Shown here piece by piece: positions 20,828 through 29,647 of a stretch of DNA of 64,000 nt; within the stretch, counting starts at the first letter, position 1, and the number at the start of each line of letters is the position of its first letter. Source of the DNA: Candidatus Omnitrophota bacterium (GTDB lineage: Bacteria > Omnitrophota > Gorgyraeia > JAFGIU01); contig JAFGIU010000005.1 of assembly GCA_016929445.1 (NCBI GenBank), positions 12,899 through 76,898 on the forward strand, given 5' to 3'. Below the pieces are notes generated by a model. That model searched no databases and was not told where the DNA came from. It worked only from the letters and a program-made list of their open reading frames with translations. Made by a program: the position numbers and the translations under genes.

Positions 20828-22308
20828 TGCGCTATAAATCGATACGATTTAGAGCCAGCGTTGTATATTCCATCATTCTTCTTAGCGTACTTATGGCCAA
20901 CAGTGCGGCTTTGTTCGAAATCTCCCGCCGGGCCCTTCTCGCCGATGTGGACGACAAGCTCAGAATTTCCGCGGTGGAGCTATCCAATATCATTAATGCC
21001 TATGAGAAAGTAACCTTGTCGGAACGGGCAACAATGCCGGTGACCGTAACAAGAAACCGTATTAGTATCGGCCCACCGGTAGTGAAAAGCGAGGCAAGGA
21101 AGATTATCGACAGTCTCTGGAAATCTCAGTCCGAACTCCTTGATTACAAGGATGACTTCATCCGGGTTATGGATGCGCAGGGACAAGTGGTCATGCAATC
21201 AGGCCAGTTTCCTGACGAGCTTCAAACACAGTTTGACCAGTATTTTGCGGCCTCTGGCGAGGAGACCGCTTTTAAAACGACTATGACTGGAGAGGCCCAC
21301 TTACGGATTGTGCGCTATCCCTTTGTCTCATCCTTTAAGGTTCCCTATGTGATTGAGATCGGGACATCTCTGCGCCGTATTGACGGTATGCTGCGCAAAT
21401 TTGTTGTTGCGAGCGGCATAAGCATTCTCGGTATTCTGTTGCTGACCAGCTTTGTGGGAGGGATTTTTGTATCAAGAATATTGAAACCCGTGCGCCGGAT
21501 TATTGAATCCGCCAACCGAATTAGTGCCAAGGATTTGCATGTGCGTATTCCGGAGGTGGGGGCTGATGAAGAGATATGTTATCTAATCGAATCCCTGAAC
21601 AGAATGATTGAGCGCTTAGAAACATCGTTCTCGCATATTAATCAGTTTAGTTCTCATGTAGCCCATGAGCTGAAGACGCCGCTGGCGATAATTCGGGGTG
21701 AGATGGAAGTGGCGGCAGAACAGGCTAAATCCCCCGAGGACTTTCAAACTGTTGTTCAAAACTGTTTGGAAGAGATACAAAATATTAACCGGATTATTAC
21801 GGATATTTTATTGTTGGCTCGGGTGGATTACCGGCCTGATGTGTTGCAGCTCGAAAGGATAAACCTCTGTGAATTCTTAGGCGAAATATTTGAGCATAGT
21901 CAGGTGTTGGCTGAAGCAAAGGAGATGCGCGTTGAGCTGGAATGTGCTTCTCAGAATGTTTTTGTTCAGGCGGATAAGGTTCATTTGCGACGGTTGGTAT
22001 TCAACCTGGTTAACAACGCGATTAAGTATTCCCCACGGACCAGCCGGATCATCCTCCGGTTGGAGAAGGAAGGCAAGGAAGCCGTTGTTTCCGTGCAGGA
22101 CTTTGGAATGGGAATATCCGAAAAAAATGTGCTCAAGATTTTTGACCAATTCTACCGGGTTCCTCAGGAAAGCGAAGAGATCGAACCCGGAACAGGCTTG
22201 GGACTGAGTATTGCTCAAGCCATTGCAAGAGCCCACCGGGGAAGACTTTGCGTAAACAGCCAGCTCGGTGCAGGTTCGACCTTCATACTTCATTTGCCGC
22301 TCGCCTAG
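20827..22308 (+). CDS. sensor histidine kinase (2 TM, HAMP, HisKA, HATPase_c)
   Basis: H-box SHVAHELKTPLAIIRG, then N, G1 (DFGMGI) and G2 (GTGLGLSIA) boxes. TAATG overlap with the response-regulator gene. Confidence 0.85.
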   Translation: MRYKSIRFRASVVYSIILLSVLMANSAALFEISRRALLADVDDKLRISAVELSNIINAYEKVTLSERATMPVTVTRNRISIGPPVVKSEARKIIDSLWKSQSELLDYKDDFIRVMDAQGQVVMQSGQFPDELQTQFDQYFAASGEETAFKTTMTGEAHLRIVRYPFVSSFKVPYVIEIGTSLRRIDGMLRKFVVASGISILGILLLTSFVGGIFVSRILKPVRRIIESANRISAKDLHVRIPEVGADEEICYLIESLNRMIERLETSFSHINQFSSHVAHELKTPLAIIRGEMEVAAEQAKSPEDFQTVVQNCLEEIQNINRIITDILLLARVDYRPDVLQLERINLCEFLGEIFEHSQVLAEAKEMRVELECASQNVFVQADKVHLRRLVFNLVNNAIKYSPRTSRIILRLEKEGKEAVVSVQDFGMGISEKNVLKIFDQFYRVPQESEEIEPGTGLGLSIAQAIARAHRGRLCVNSQLGAGSTFILHLPLA

Positions 22309-22426
22309 TCCGGCAGGCGGCCTCCTTTCCCTTCGCAGGTTCCCTGGAAAAATAAGAAAAATTTAACCTTCGTCTAACCCTCCTTTAAGGATCCCTTTGA
22401 TATGCTTTGCCTAAAAGGAGGGTGAG

Positions 22427-22822
22427 ATGGCCAAAATCCTGGTTGTGGACGATGAAAAGCGAATCCGCGAGACCTGCGCGATCTACTTTGCTGACCGGGG
22501 GCATGATGTATTTCAGGCGTCGGATGCGGTTTCGGGATTTAGTGTCGTAGACAAGGAAGGCGTTGACTTAGTGCTTTTGGATTTGAATCTGGGTGAGATC
22601 CAGGGGGATACGCTCAATGATGTGATAGCCAGCTTTCACCCTAAGGTGTTGGTGGTTGTAAGCAGCGTATTTCCGGTGGAGGACCAGAAGGAATTCGTAT
22701 CGGACGCCGACGAATATCACGATAAGGCGGACGGATGGGCTGTGTTGGAGAAAAAGGTGAATCGTCTCCTAAATATTGAGGATCAGAAAGCTGCAGAGCA
22801 GCAGAAAGGGGTTGAGAAATGA
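22427..22822 (+). CDS. stand-alone receiver-domain protein (CheY-like)
   Basis: MAKILVVDDE...VDLVLLDLNL with phospho-acceptor Asp and no output domain. Its stop overlaps the next start (ATGA). Confidence 0.7.
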   Translation: MAKILVVDDEKRIRETCAIYFADRGHDVFQASDAVSGFSVVDKEGVDLVLLDLNLGEIQGDTLNDVIASFHPKVLVVVSSVFPVEDQKEFVSDADEYHDKADGWAVLEKKVNRLLNIEDQKAAEQQKGVEK

Positions 22823-23493
22823 AGAGGACTGGAATGTGGGTAGGGATAGCGAGTGTCCTCTTGCTGGCCTTTATGTTTGAGGCCGTACGCTTAATCTGGG
22901 TCGAAAGCGCGTTTGCTAATTCCACGGCTGTCCCGGTGAACGTGAATACGTCTGTGAATCAGGACTCTGTCACAGGGGATCCAATGGAGAAAGCGGGAGT
23001 GCACGAGTGGGATCCCTTCTCCGAGATGCAAAGCATTTGGGAAGAGATGGCTGCCATGCAACGCAGAATGGAGTCGGTACTGGCTAGTCATCAAATGTTT
23101 CCGGGCCCCGGCGTAGAGGGTCTTAGTTTCTCGCCGCGGGGCGGATTCTTTGATCCGGATGTAGAGATCCAGGAAACAAAGGGAGCATACACCGTCAAGG
23201 TGGATCTGCCTGGTATGGAGAAAGACAAGATAGACGTTCAGGTGACGGACAATGTGCTGCGGATCTCGGGCGAGCGTGACCGCACGGAAGAGAGCCGCAA
23301 CGAGGATGAAGGCAACTACTTCTATCGAAGCGAGCGCACTTTTGGGTCCTTTAGCCGGCAGATTCCTCTTCCGGAAAATGTGGACACGTTGAAAGCAAAG
23401 GCCGAGTACAAGAATGGCGTGTTACTCGTTACTCTTCCCAAGCTTCAGCCGTCGGGTCAGGAAAAGCAAGCTACCAAGGTACCGGTTATCTAG
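22819..23493 (+). CDS. Hsp20/alpha-crystallin family protein with N-terminal signal peptide or anchor
   Basis: C-terminal ACD (AYTVKVDLPGMEKDKIDVQVTDNVLRISGER...SFSRQIPLPENVD...NGVLLVTLPK) preceded by the hydrophobic N-terminus MWVGIASVLLLAFMF. Confidence 0.65.
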   Translation: MKRTGMWVGIASVLLLAFMFEAVRLIWVESAFANSTAVPVNVNTSVNQDSVTGDPMEKAGVHEWDPFSEMQSIWEEMAAMQRRMESVLASHQMFPGPGVEGLSFSPRGGFFDPDVEIQETKGAYTVKVDLPGMEKDKIDVQVTDNVLRISGERDRTEESRNEDEGNYFYRSERTFGSFSRQIPLPENVDTLKAKAEYKNGVLLVTLPKLQPSGQEKQATKVPVI

Positions 23494-23530
23494 ACAGCAG
23501 AAAGTAACTTTAAGTGACAAGGAGGACAAA

Positions 23531-23983
23531 ATGAGTTCATTTTCGTGGAGTGTGATTGATGAGATGGAACGGATGAAAGCGGAGCTGGACAGGGTTCTGA
23601 ATGGCCTGAATTATTCCGGATTCCGGTCCGTATTGCCGGGGTCATCGGCGAGAAGGTACCCGCTGTTGAACGTTGCTGATGACCGGGAGGAATTTGTTGT
23701 CGACGCATTGGTGCCCGGAGTCGAGCCGGCGTCTATTTCGATAACCGTGGCTGGAGACCAGCTTCATGTTGGAGGAGAAAGGCTTTCGATTTCCGAGAAA
23801 GTAAAATCCGAAGCGATTCACCGGAGCGAACGGCCTGCGGGCAAGTTTAGTCGTTCCATTACGCTTCCGGCTGAAGTCGATCCGGAGAAAGTAACAGCCA
23901 ACTGCAATAACGGACTGATTAGGATCAGACTGCCTAAGTCCGAGCGGGCAAAACCCAAAGCAATCGACGTTAAAGTGGGCTAA
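23531..23983 (+). CDS. Hsp20 family small heat-shock protein
   Basis: ACD motifs (FVVDALVPGVEPASISITVAGDQLHVGGER...FSRSITLPAEVD...NGLIRIRLPK). GGAGGA SD. Confidence 0.75.
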   Translation: MSSFSWSVIDEMERMKAELDRVLNGLNYSGFRSVLPGSSARRYPLLNVADDREEFVVDALVPGVEPASISITVAGDQLHVGGERLSISEKVKSEAIHRSERPAGKFSRSITLPAEVDPEKVTANCNNGLIRIRLPKSERAKPKAIDVKVG

Positions 23984-24024
23984 GTCGTGATGCGAGAAGA
24001 ACGTCAAAGAATGGAGGGAGTGAG

Positions 24025-24441
24025 ATGAGCAAGGATATTACTACCACGAGTTCAGATACATCTTTGTTGCCTCAAAGTGTAGAAAAGAAAGACTTGTCAA
24101 CTCGAGAGGATTCGAGATATGTGGCACCCCCGGTGGATATCTACGAAAACTCCGATGGGTTGACTATTGTGGCTGACTTGCCGGGAGTGGCTAAGGAATC
24201 AGTCAATGTCAGAGTAGACAATGGGATACTCACCTTGGAATGCCCTTGTTCATATGAGATATCCGAAAACACAGTCCACCATGAATTCGATCTGGCAACG
24301 TTCTACCGCCAGTTTCAACTTGCGGATGAAGTGGACCAGGAAAGAATCAGTGCCGATCTCAAATATGGAGTGTTGACCATTCAGTTACCCAAAGCGGAGA
24401 AAACCAAGCCGAAGAAAATCGAGGTGAAGGTGGTTTCCTGA
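24025..24441 (+). CDS. Hsp20 family small heat-shock protein
   Basis: LTIVADLPGVAKESVNVRVDNGILTLE...GVLTIQLPK. Confidence 0.75.
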   Translation: MSKDITTTSSDTSLLPQSVEKKDLSTREDSRYVAPPVDIYENSDGLTIVADLPGVAKESVNVRVDNGILTLECPCSYEISENTVHHEFDLATFYRQFQLADEVDQERISADLKYGVLTIQLPKAEKTKPKKIEVKVVS

Positions 24442-24489
24442 ATTGATCAAGAAGTGGACTAGAGGCACAGAGAGGAGGAGGAAGTGAAA

Positions 24490-24972
24490 ATGAAGAAAGA
24501 ACTATTGCCAGTTCAATGGTCGTCCTCTTTGGCCAGCCTGCGGGATGAGGTGTCTACCACTTTTAGCCGGTGGGTGAGCAGGTTGCGCCGAGAAAAGGAG
24601 ATGTCCTTATCCGGTACTTCGAATGCTGATTGGCCGGGGTGGAACGGACCCTCGGTCGATGTGGAGGATGAGGGCAGTGACATAGTTGTCACGGTGGAGC
24701 TGCCGGGGATGGACAAAAAAGATTTCAGCGTGGATCTTGACCGGCAAAAACTTGTAATCCGGGGAGAAAAACGAAATAGCCGGAAGGAAAAAGGGAAGGG
24801 ATACCAGTATACTGAATGCAGTTACGGAGCTTTCCATAGGGCGGTCCCTCTGCCTTGTGAAGTGGCGGAAGACAGGGTGCAGGCCACATACAAGAAGGGC
24901 GTGCTCAAAGTGAAACTTCCCAAAATGGCTTCAGCGGCGGGTCGTCAGATCCCGGTGAATGTGGGAAGATAG
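24490..24972 (+). CDS. Hsp20 family small heat-shock protein
   Basis: IVVTVELPGMDKKDFSVDLDRQKLVIRGEK...FHRAVPLPCEV...GVLKVKLPK. ATG 24490 follows a GGAGGAGG SD; a GTG at 24484 is an alternative start. Confidence 0.7.
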   Translation: MKKELLPVQWSSSLASLRDEVSTTFSRWVSRLRREKEMSLSGTSNADWPGWNGPSVDVEDEGSDIVVTVELPGMDKKDFSVDLDRQKLVIRGEKRNSRKEKGKGYQYTECSYGAFHRAVPLPCEVAEDRVQATYKKGVLKVKLPKMASAAGRQIPVNVGR

Positions 24973-25019
24973 AGAGGATTAGAGCCCCCGCAATTGCGTG
25001 CAATGTGTGGAGTATACTG

Positions 25020-25694
25020 ATGAAAAAGGTCCTTTTGGGACTTGCACTACTTGCGTTCGTTTTGACCGGAGTGTGCCAGGGCGAAGAGACATCTCTTCGC
25101 CCTATCGACGGGCACACATGGGCGGGGGAGAGAAGCTTTTTGACGGGGTACTCTTCCGGCAATGAGGACGGAACGGTCAATATGGTTGTGGAGATTCCGG
25201 CCGGGACCAACGAGAAATGGGAGGTCAAAGGGGCTGCGGAGAACCCTGAAGGCTATCTCAAGCGGGATTTTGCGGACCAGATCCCCCGGGTTGTCCAATA
25301 TTTGCCTTATCCATTCAATTACGGGATGGTCCCCAATACAGTGCTTTCCGAAGAGTCGGGCGGGGATGGGGATCCGCTGGATGTTGTGTTTCTCGGGAGC
25401 TCTTGCCCTCGAGGTTCCGTGGTTAGTGTCGCACCTATTGGTGTGATTAAGCTTGTGGATCGCGGTGAGACAGATGACAAGCTCATTGCCGTGGCGCCGG
25501 ACGGTATCTTTGGCGGGATTCATTCGATCCAGGAATTGGATGAAGGTTTCCCGGGGATTACTGCCATTATCGAAACATTCTTTCTGAACTACAAGGGGCA
25601 GGGGAAAATGACCTCCGGGGGTTTTGCAGGTCCTGAGGAGGCCCAGAAGCTCTTAAATTCCGCACTTGTCGACGGTGTACTATTCTCGGATTGA
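25020..25694 (+). CDS. ppa: family I inorganic pyrophosphatase with N-terminal signal peptide
   Basis: Ppa signature residues (NMVVEIPAGTNEKWE, YPFNYGMVPNT, DGDPLDVVFL, IKLVDRGETDDKLIAV) preceded by MKKVLLGLALLAFVLTGVCQG. Confidence 0.8.
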   Translation: MKKVLLGLALLAFVLTGVCQGEETSLRPIDGHTWAGERSFLTGYSSGNEDGTVNMVVEIPAGTNEKWEVKGAAENPEGYLKRDFADQIPRVVQYLPYPFNYGMVPNTVLSEESGGDGDPLDVVFLGSSCPRGSVVSVAPIGVIKLVDRGETDDKLIAVAPDGIFGGIHSIQELDEGFPGITAIIETFFLNYKGQGKMTSGGFAGPEEAQKLLNSALVDGVLFSD

Positions 25695-25764
25695 GGCCCG
25701 GATATCCTCAAACGGAAGTGAAAATCACGCATTGTATGCTGATCAACGGATAGGATAAATCAAA

Positions 25765-26346
25765 GTGATTGAATCTTTTTGGCTGTGCTTCATTCCCTTG
25801 CTGGTGGCCGTGGATGCCCTCGGCGTTCTCCCGATGTACATGAAGATTACCGAGGGTGTGGATAAGGAACGGCTAAAGCGGGTTCTGACCCAATCGATGT
25901 GGACGGCTCTTCTGGTCGCGTACGGGTTTCTTTTTGTGGGAGAGGCTTTTCTTAATGCGCTCAGCGTGACGGCAGGGGATTTCATGATTGCAGGTGGTCT
26001 TCTTCTTCTGTTGATTTCAATCAGCGATTTGTTGCTCGGCGAAAAGATTCAACGCAAAGTGGATGGAGACACCCTTGGAGTGGTTCCTATTGGAGTTCCG
26101 CTGATTGTCGGGCCGGCCGTGCTGACAACGATCCTCCTGGTCAGCCATCAGTATGGACAAGCGATGACCGCACTTTCGATTGCCATCAACATCGCTCTTG
26201 CGGGCCTGACTTTCTTCTTTGCGCCGGTGATCGACCGCTTTGTCGGCAAGTCGGGTATGAAGGCAATATCCAAGATTGCCAGTTTGGTGTTGGCCGCTAT
26301 TGGTGTACGGATGATTCGCCGGGGGGTCGAGGTCTTTCTGTCCTAA
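25765..26346 (+). CDS. MarC-family (UPF0056) integral membrane protein
   Basis: 193 aa with six helices. The N-terminus IPLLVAVDALGVLPMY is typical of MarC/YhgN. Confidence 0.65.
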   Translation: MIESFWLCFIPLLVAVDALGVLPMYMKITEGVDKERLKRVLTQSMWTALLVAYGFLFVGEAFLNALSVTAGDFMIAGGLLLLLISISDLLLGEKIQRKVDGDTLGVVPIGVPLIVGPAVLTTILLVSHQYGQAMTALSIAINIALAGLTFFFAPVIDRFVGKSGMKAISKIASLVLAAIGVRMIRRGVEVFLS

Positions 26347-26428
26347 CCATGAAAACAACACGTTTGGGCTGAATTCCCCCTGGAGCAGCTTCGAGAAGCC
26401 GTCTGAGTGATACGGGCCTGGACAGAAC

Positions 26429-26896
26429 TTACTTCAAAGGCATCCACACTTCGGTCCGGAGTGCTTCAGGTGCCGTAATCTCTGGATTGTTTAAATAGAC
26501 CTCGATGCAGGGGCCTTTGTTCCAGGTCCGGCCGGAATCCGGTAACCACTCTTCGAACAGTTCCTCGTAGGTGTAAAGCAGGTCTTCATAAGGGCCTTCG
26601 TGGATTACGACGGCATAGTCCCCGGCCGGTATTTCTTTGATGGTGATGTCTCCCTCACCCTGGACCTCCGGTCCCACGCTCACGCAGGCATCGTAACGAA
26701 TTTTGTCGGCAGGCACCTTGTCAGGGTCGTCGTAGGCAATGCCCAAATAGGTGGAGTTCTCAGAAAGAAGGCCCTTGGGCCCGGCCCAACTCATCAACTT
26801 GTCCCAGGCGGGTTTGCTCTTCGCATAAGGGCCAATGTGGCGAACACTCGCCACTCGAATCGCTTCCTTTCGTACCGCTTGAATCTCAGCCATCAA
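26429..26896 (-). CDS. GyrI-like small-molecule-binding domain protein
   Basis: 155 aa (VASVRHIGPY...DDPDKVPADKIRYDACVSV...GDYAVVIHEGPYEDL...EVWMPLK), the pattern of AraC-effector/GyrI-like domains. TTG at 26896 or ATG at 26893. Confidence 0.65.
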   Translation of the reverse strand: MMAEIQAVRKEAIRVASVRHIGPYAKSKPAWDKLMSWAGPKGLLSENSTYLGIAYDDPDKVPADKIRYDACVSVGPEVQGEGDITIKEIPAGDYAVVIHEGPYEDLLYTYEELFEEWLPDSGRTWNKGPCIEVYLNNPEITAPEALRTEVWMPLK

Positions 26897-26917
26897 AGTC
26901 TCCTCTGTATGATATCA

Positions 26918-26972
26918 GGGACGGGTCTCGCCTACCCCTGTGACTCCAACGAGTTCCATGAGAACCGTCCCC
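26918..26972. repeat. REP-like palindromic element, copy A
   Basis: GGGACGGGTCTCGCC...CGAGTTCCATGAGAACCGTCCCC. The ends are reverse complements (GGGACGGTTCTC/GAGAACCGTCCC). Five further copies occur in the window. Confidence 0.7.
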
Positions 26973-27122
26973 AAGATGTGTCCTTAGGCTACCACAGAGG
27001 GATGCAATGAGAAAGAAAGTGTGGCAGCAGATCTAATATTTTGAAGCCACTTTAATAAAAGTAAATTTGGTGACACCCGCCTCTGTTTCTCCTCGTCTAA
27101 GCAGTGAAAGGAGGAGCAATCC

Positions 27123-27563
27123 ATGATTCGATCTGTTTCCAGAATTTCCGCAGTGCTGATCCTTGTTGTCGCAAGTGTTTCCCTGGCCGGTTGCCAAACC
27201 AGTGGGGCGTACGGACGCCGGGCTCCGGAAAGTGCTGTGTTTGGCAGTCTGTTTGGCGCCGGTGTTGGGGCTATTGCCGGCCATCAATCCGATAGCACAG
27301 CCGAAGGTGCTTTGTTAGGTGCTGCCATCGGCGGAGCGGGCGGCTATATGATTGGGAACGAACAGGACAAAGATCAGCTCTATGCGGAAACAGCCCAGGC
27401 GCGGCGCGACGCCAATATCGTGGTTATCAACGTACAAAACAGCAATGGTTCGATTACGCCGGTAACCGTACAGCGCCGGGGTAATATCTACGTTGGGCCC
27501 AGAGGGGAACATTATTTCAATCTGCCTACAGAGGATCAACTGCGGCCTGTCTACGGATTTTGA
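27123..27563 (+). CDS. glycine-zipper lipoprotein with conserved C-terminal domain (paralog 1)
   Basis: Lipobox SLAGC, a glycine-zipper segment (GSLFGAGVGAIAG...GAAIGGAGGYMIG), and a C-terminal ~45-aa block shared with the next gene. Confidence 0.5.
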   Translation: MIRSVSRISAVLILVVASVSLAGCQTSGAYGRRAPESAVFGSLFGAGVGAIAGHQSDSTAEGALLGAAIGGAGGYMIGNEQDKDQLYAETAQARRDANIVVINVQNSNGSITPVTVQRRGNIYVGPRGEHYFNLPTEDQLRPVYGF

Positions 27564-27599
27564 CATGCTGTCATTCAGCCACGGAGGAAAGGAAAAACA

Positions 27600-28019
27600 A
27601 TGACTCACACAAAGACTCTCAGAGGTGTTTCAGCAGGACTGGTGATCGGGCTTCTGGTGTTGTTGAGTGCAGGGGATGCATGGGCGGGTTCCTGCAATTG
27701 GAGAGGGTGGAATGGATGGAGAGGAAAGAATGCGGATCACAGTCCGCGCCGTGCATACCGCAACCGCATCCAGGTTATCAAAACCGTTGAACCTATCTAC
27801 CAACTTCAAGACTGCAATGTCGTGCGGAGGCAGAGAAGTGGCCTTAACAGGACAGTGGTCATCAATATACCGAATGATAACGGCAGCTTTACCCCGGTGA
27901 CTTTGCAGCAGGAGAACGGGGTCTATATAGGGCCCAGAGGCGAGCAGTACCTGAACATGCCTACGCTCGATCAGCTTAAGGCCGTGTATGGCCTGGACAG
28001 TCAGATTGCCAGGCGGTAG
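27600..28019 (+). CDS. secreted protein sharing the C-terminal domain of the preceding lipoprotein (paralog 2)
   Basis: Signal peptide, then the C-terminal block VVINIPNDNGSFTPVTLQQENGVYIGPRGEQYLNMPTLDQLKAVYG. Paralog 1 has VVINVQNSNGSITPVTVQRRGNIYVGPRGEHYFNLPTEDQLRPVYG. Confidence 0.45.
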   Translation: MTHTKTLRGVSAGLVIGLLVLLSAGDAWAGSCNWRGWNGWRGKNADHSPRRAYRNRIQVIKTVEPIYQLQDCNVVRRQRSGLNRTVVINIPNDNGSFTPVTLQQENGVYIGPRGEQYLNMPTLDQLKAVYGLDSQIARR

Positions 28020-28033
28020 AGGAGTGCGGAAAG

Positions 28034-28087
28034 GGGACGGTTCTCACGGAACTCGCTGCAGTGTAAAGGGAAGGCGAGAACCGTCCC
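28034..28087. repeat. REP-like palindromic element, copy B (inverted relative to copy A)
   Basis: GGGACGGTTCTCACGGAACTCGCTGCAGTGTAAAGGGAAGGCGAGAACCGTCCC. Its reverse complement aligns with copy A at ~85% identity. Confidence 0.7.
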
Positions 28088-28117
28088 TGAAATGCGGGGT
28101 CGCGCTATAATGCACAG

Positions 28118-28684
28118 ATGCACGACGCGGCCGTTGTCCAGGAAGTTCTTTCCGGTCACCCTGATGCTTATGCCACCTTGGTGGCCAGGCATCAGGGGCC
28201 GTTGCGCCGTTACTGCTATTCTGTATTGGGAAACCAGACGGACGCCGATGATGCTGCCCAAGAGGTGTTCATCAAGGCGTACAAATCCCTCAAGAGATTT
28301 CGGGGCCAATCCAAATTTTCCACCTGGCTTTATCGAATCGCCGTGAATCACTGTAAGGACCTTCTCAGACAGAAAGGGCGCCGGCCGGCCTTCTCCTGGG
28401 AGCAGCTTGTGGAGAAGGAGGGGGAAAAGGCAGAGGTTTTGGCCCTGGACCCCACGAATCCCCGCGAAGAGATGGAGAGAGCCGAACTGCGGGATCGGAT
28501 TTTGGGGCAGCTGAGTGAGGATTACCGCCAGGTCTTGACACTTCGGGAGGTGGAAGGCCTTAGCTACGCGGAAATTGCGGAAATCCTGGATTCTTCCCTG
28601 GATTCGGTCAAAGCGAAGCTGCGCAGGGCCCGGTCGGAACTCCGGGATAAACTGGGACACTTCCGGACCCCCGGAAACGTCTAA
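28118..28684 (+). CDS. ECF-subfamily RNA polymerase sigma-70 factor
   Basis: Region 2 (DDAAQEVFIKAYKSLKRFRGQSKFSTWLYRIAVNHCKD) and region 4 (EVEGLSYAEIAEILDSSLDSVKAKLRRAR). Confidence 0.85.
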   Translation: MHDAAVVQEVLSGHPDAYATLVARHQGPLRRYCYSVLGNQTDADDAAQEVFIKAYKSLKRFRGQSKFSTWLYRIAVNHCKDLLRQKGRRPAFSWEQLVEKEGEKAEVLALDPTNPREEMERAELRDRILGQLSEDYRQVLTLREVEGLSYAEIAEILDSSLDSVKAKLRRARSELRDKLGHFRTPGNV

Positions 28685-28693
28685 AGTTCAGAA

Positions 28694-28748
28694 GGGTGTC
28701 AGGCACCACAGTCTAATTGAGATGCTTCACAAGTGGTGCCTGACACCC
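28694..28748 (+). promoter_or_regulatory. perfect 16-bp inverted repeat (stem-loop) between the sigma and anti-sigma genes
   Basis: GGGTGTCAGGCACCAC-N23-GTGGTGCCTGACACCC. No T-tract follows, so it is not a canonical terminator. Confidence 0.5.
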
Positions 28749-28768
28749 GGTCAACCAGGAAATGAGTT

Positions 28769-29248
28769 ATGTCACCACACATATCCGAAATCGATCTAAA
28801 CACCTATTTTGACGGCGAATTGCCTGAGCCGAAGGCCGGGGAAATTCGTGCCCATCTTGAAAGCTGCGAGTTCTGCCAAGAGCGCTACGAAGAGCTAAGG
28901 GCTCTATCGCAGGCGCTGTTTTCCACGGCGCCCTGGAGTGAAGACAATGCTTTTGTCGAGGGGGTGATGGATCGGGTCCGGCAGGAAAGCGCCCCCGCCA
29001 CACGGCTGTGGCAGTTCCCGGCGTTGAGAATCCCGGATTGGACCTTGGATTTAGGATGGGCGGCAGCCCCGGTCCTGGCTCTGGGGCTTTTCCTCTTTGT
29101 CGTCAACGGGAACGGCGCAGAATTGCCTGCCACGGGCTTGAATCTTTTTTCACAGAATAGCGGCCAAAACACAGCTGTTGATGCATTGCTCGAGGACAAT
29201 TGGGATGCGGGAGACGTCCTCGAATATACTCTAGGAGAGTGGTCATGA
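28769..29248 (+). CDS. anti-sigma factor, zinc-finger (ZAS-like) N-terminal domain with one TM helix
   Basis: H-x3-C-x2-C motif (AHLESCEFCQERYEEL), then a TM segment (AAAPVLALGLFLFVV). Immediately 3' of the ECF sigma gene. Confidence 0.6.
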   Translation: MSPHISEIDLNTYFDGELPEPKAGEIRAHLESCEFCQERYEELRALSQALFSTAPWSEDNAFVEGVMDRVRQESAPATRLWQFPALRIPDWTLDLGWAAAPVLALGLFLFVVNGNGAELPATGLNLFSQNSGQNTAVDALLEDNWDAGDVLEYTLGEWS

Positions 29249-29643
29249 GAAACTTACGCCTGCAACGTTTGGCAATCTTGATTGTTGTATTTTTGTTGGG
29301 TTTGAGCCTGGGTTGGGTTGGGGGGAAGAACCAATCCATGAGCCACAAGAAGTGGCATGATCCTCAACAGAGGCTTGAGCATTTCAGCAGGGCGCTTAAT
29401 TTGAATGAACAGCAGGCAACGCAGCTCCAAACCATCTTGAATTCAAAGCGGGAGCAGTTCCGCGGTCTCCGGGAGCAAATGAAACCGCAGATGGAGGCCT
29501 TGCGCGAGAAGACCAACGTGGAGATTCTGAGTATGCTCAATCCGGAACAGCAGGAGAAATATAAAGCGCTGGAGGCTGCCCGGCAGGATCATCAGGCTCG
29601 ACGCGGGAATAGACATCAGCGCATGGAGTGGGAATCCAAATAG
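29245..29643 (+). CDS. Spy/CpxP/ZraP-like (LTxxQ-motif) periplasmic stress protein with N-terminal anchor
   Basis: Helical repeats LNLNEQQATQLQ and LNPEQQEKYKAL. ATGA overlap with the anti-sigma stop. The ORF-track start at 29200 is upstream over-extension. Confidence 0.5.
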   Translation: MRNLRLQRLAILIVVFLLGLSLGWVGGKNQSMSHKKWHDPQQRLEHFSRALNLNEQQATQLQTILNSKREQFRGLREQMKPQMEALREKTNVEILSMLNPEQQEKYKALEAARQDHQARRGNRHQRMEWESK

Positions 29644-29647
29644 ATCT

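Noticed and set aside
28001-28660. 219-aa minus-strand ORF
   Set aside because: It lies entirely antisense to the well-supported ECF sigma gene, and it starts inside REP copy B. It is an artefact of GC-rich sequence.
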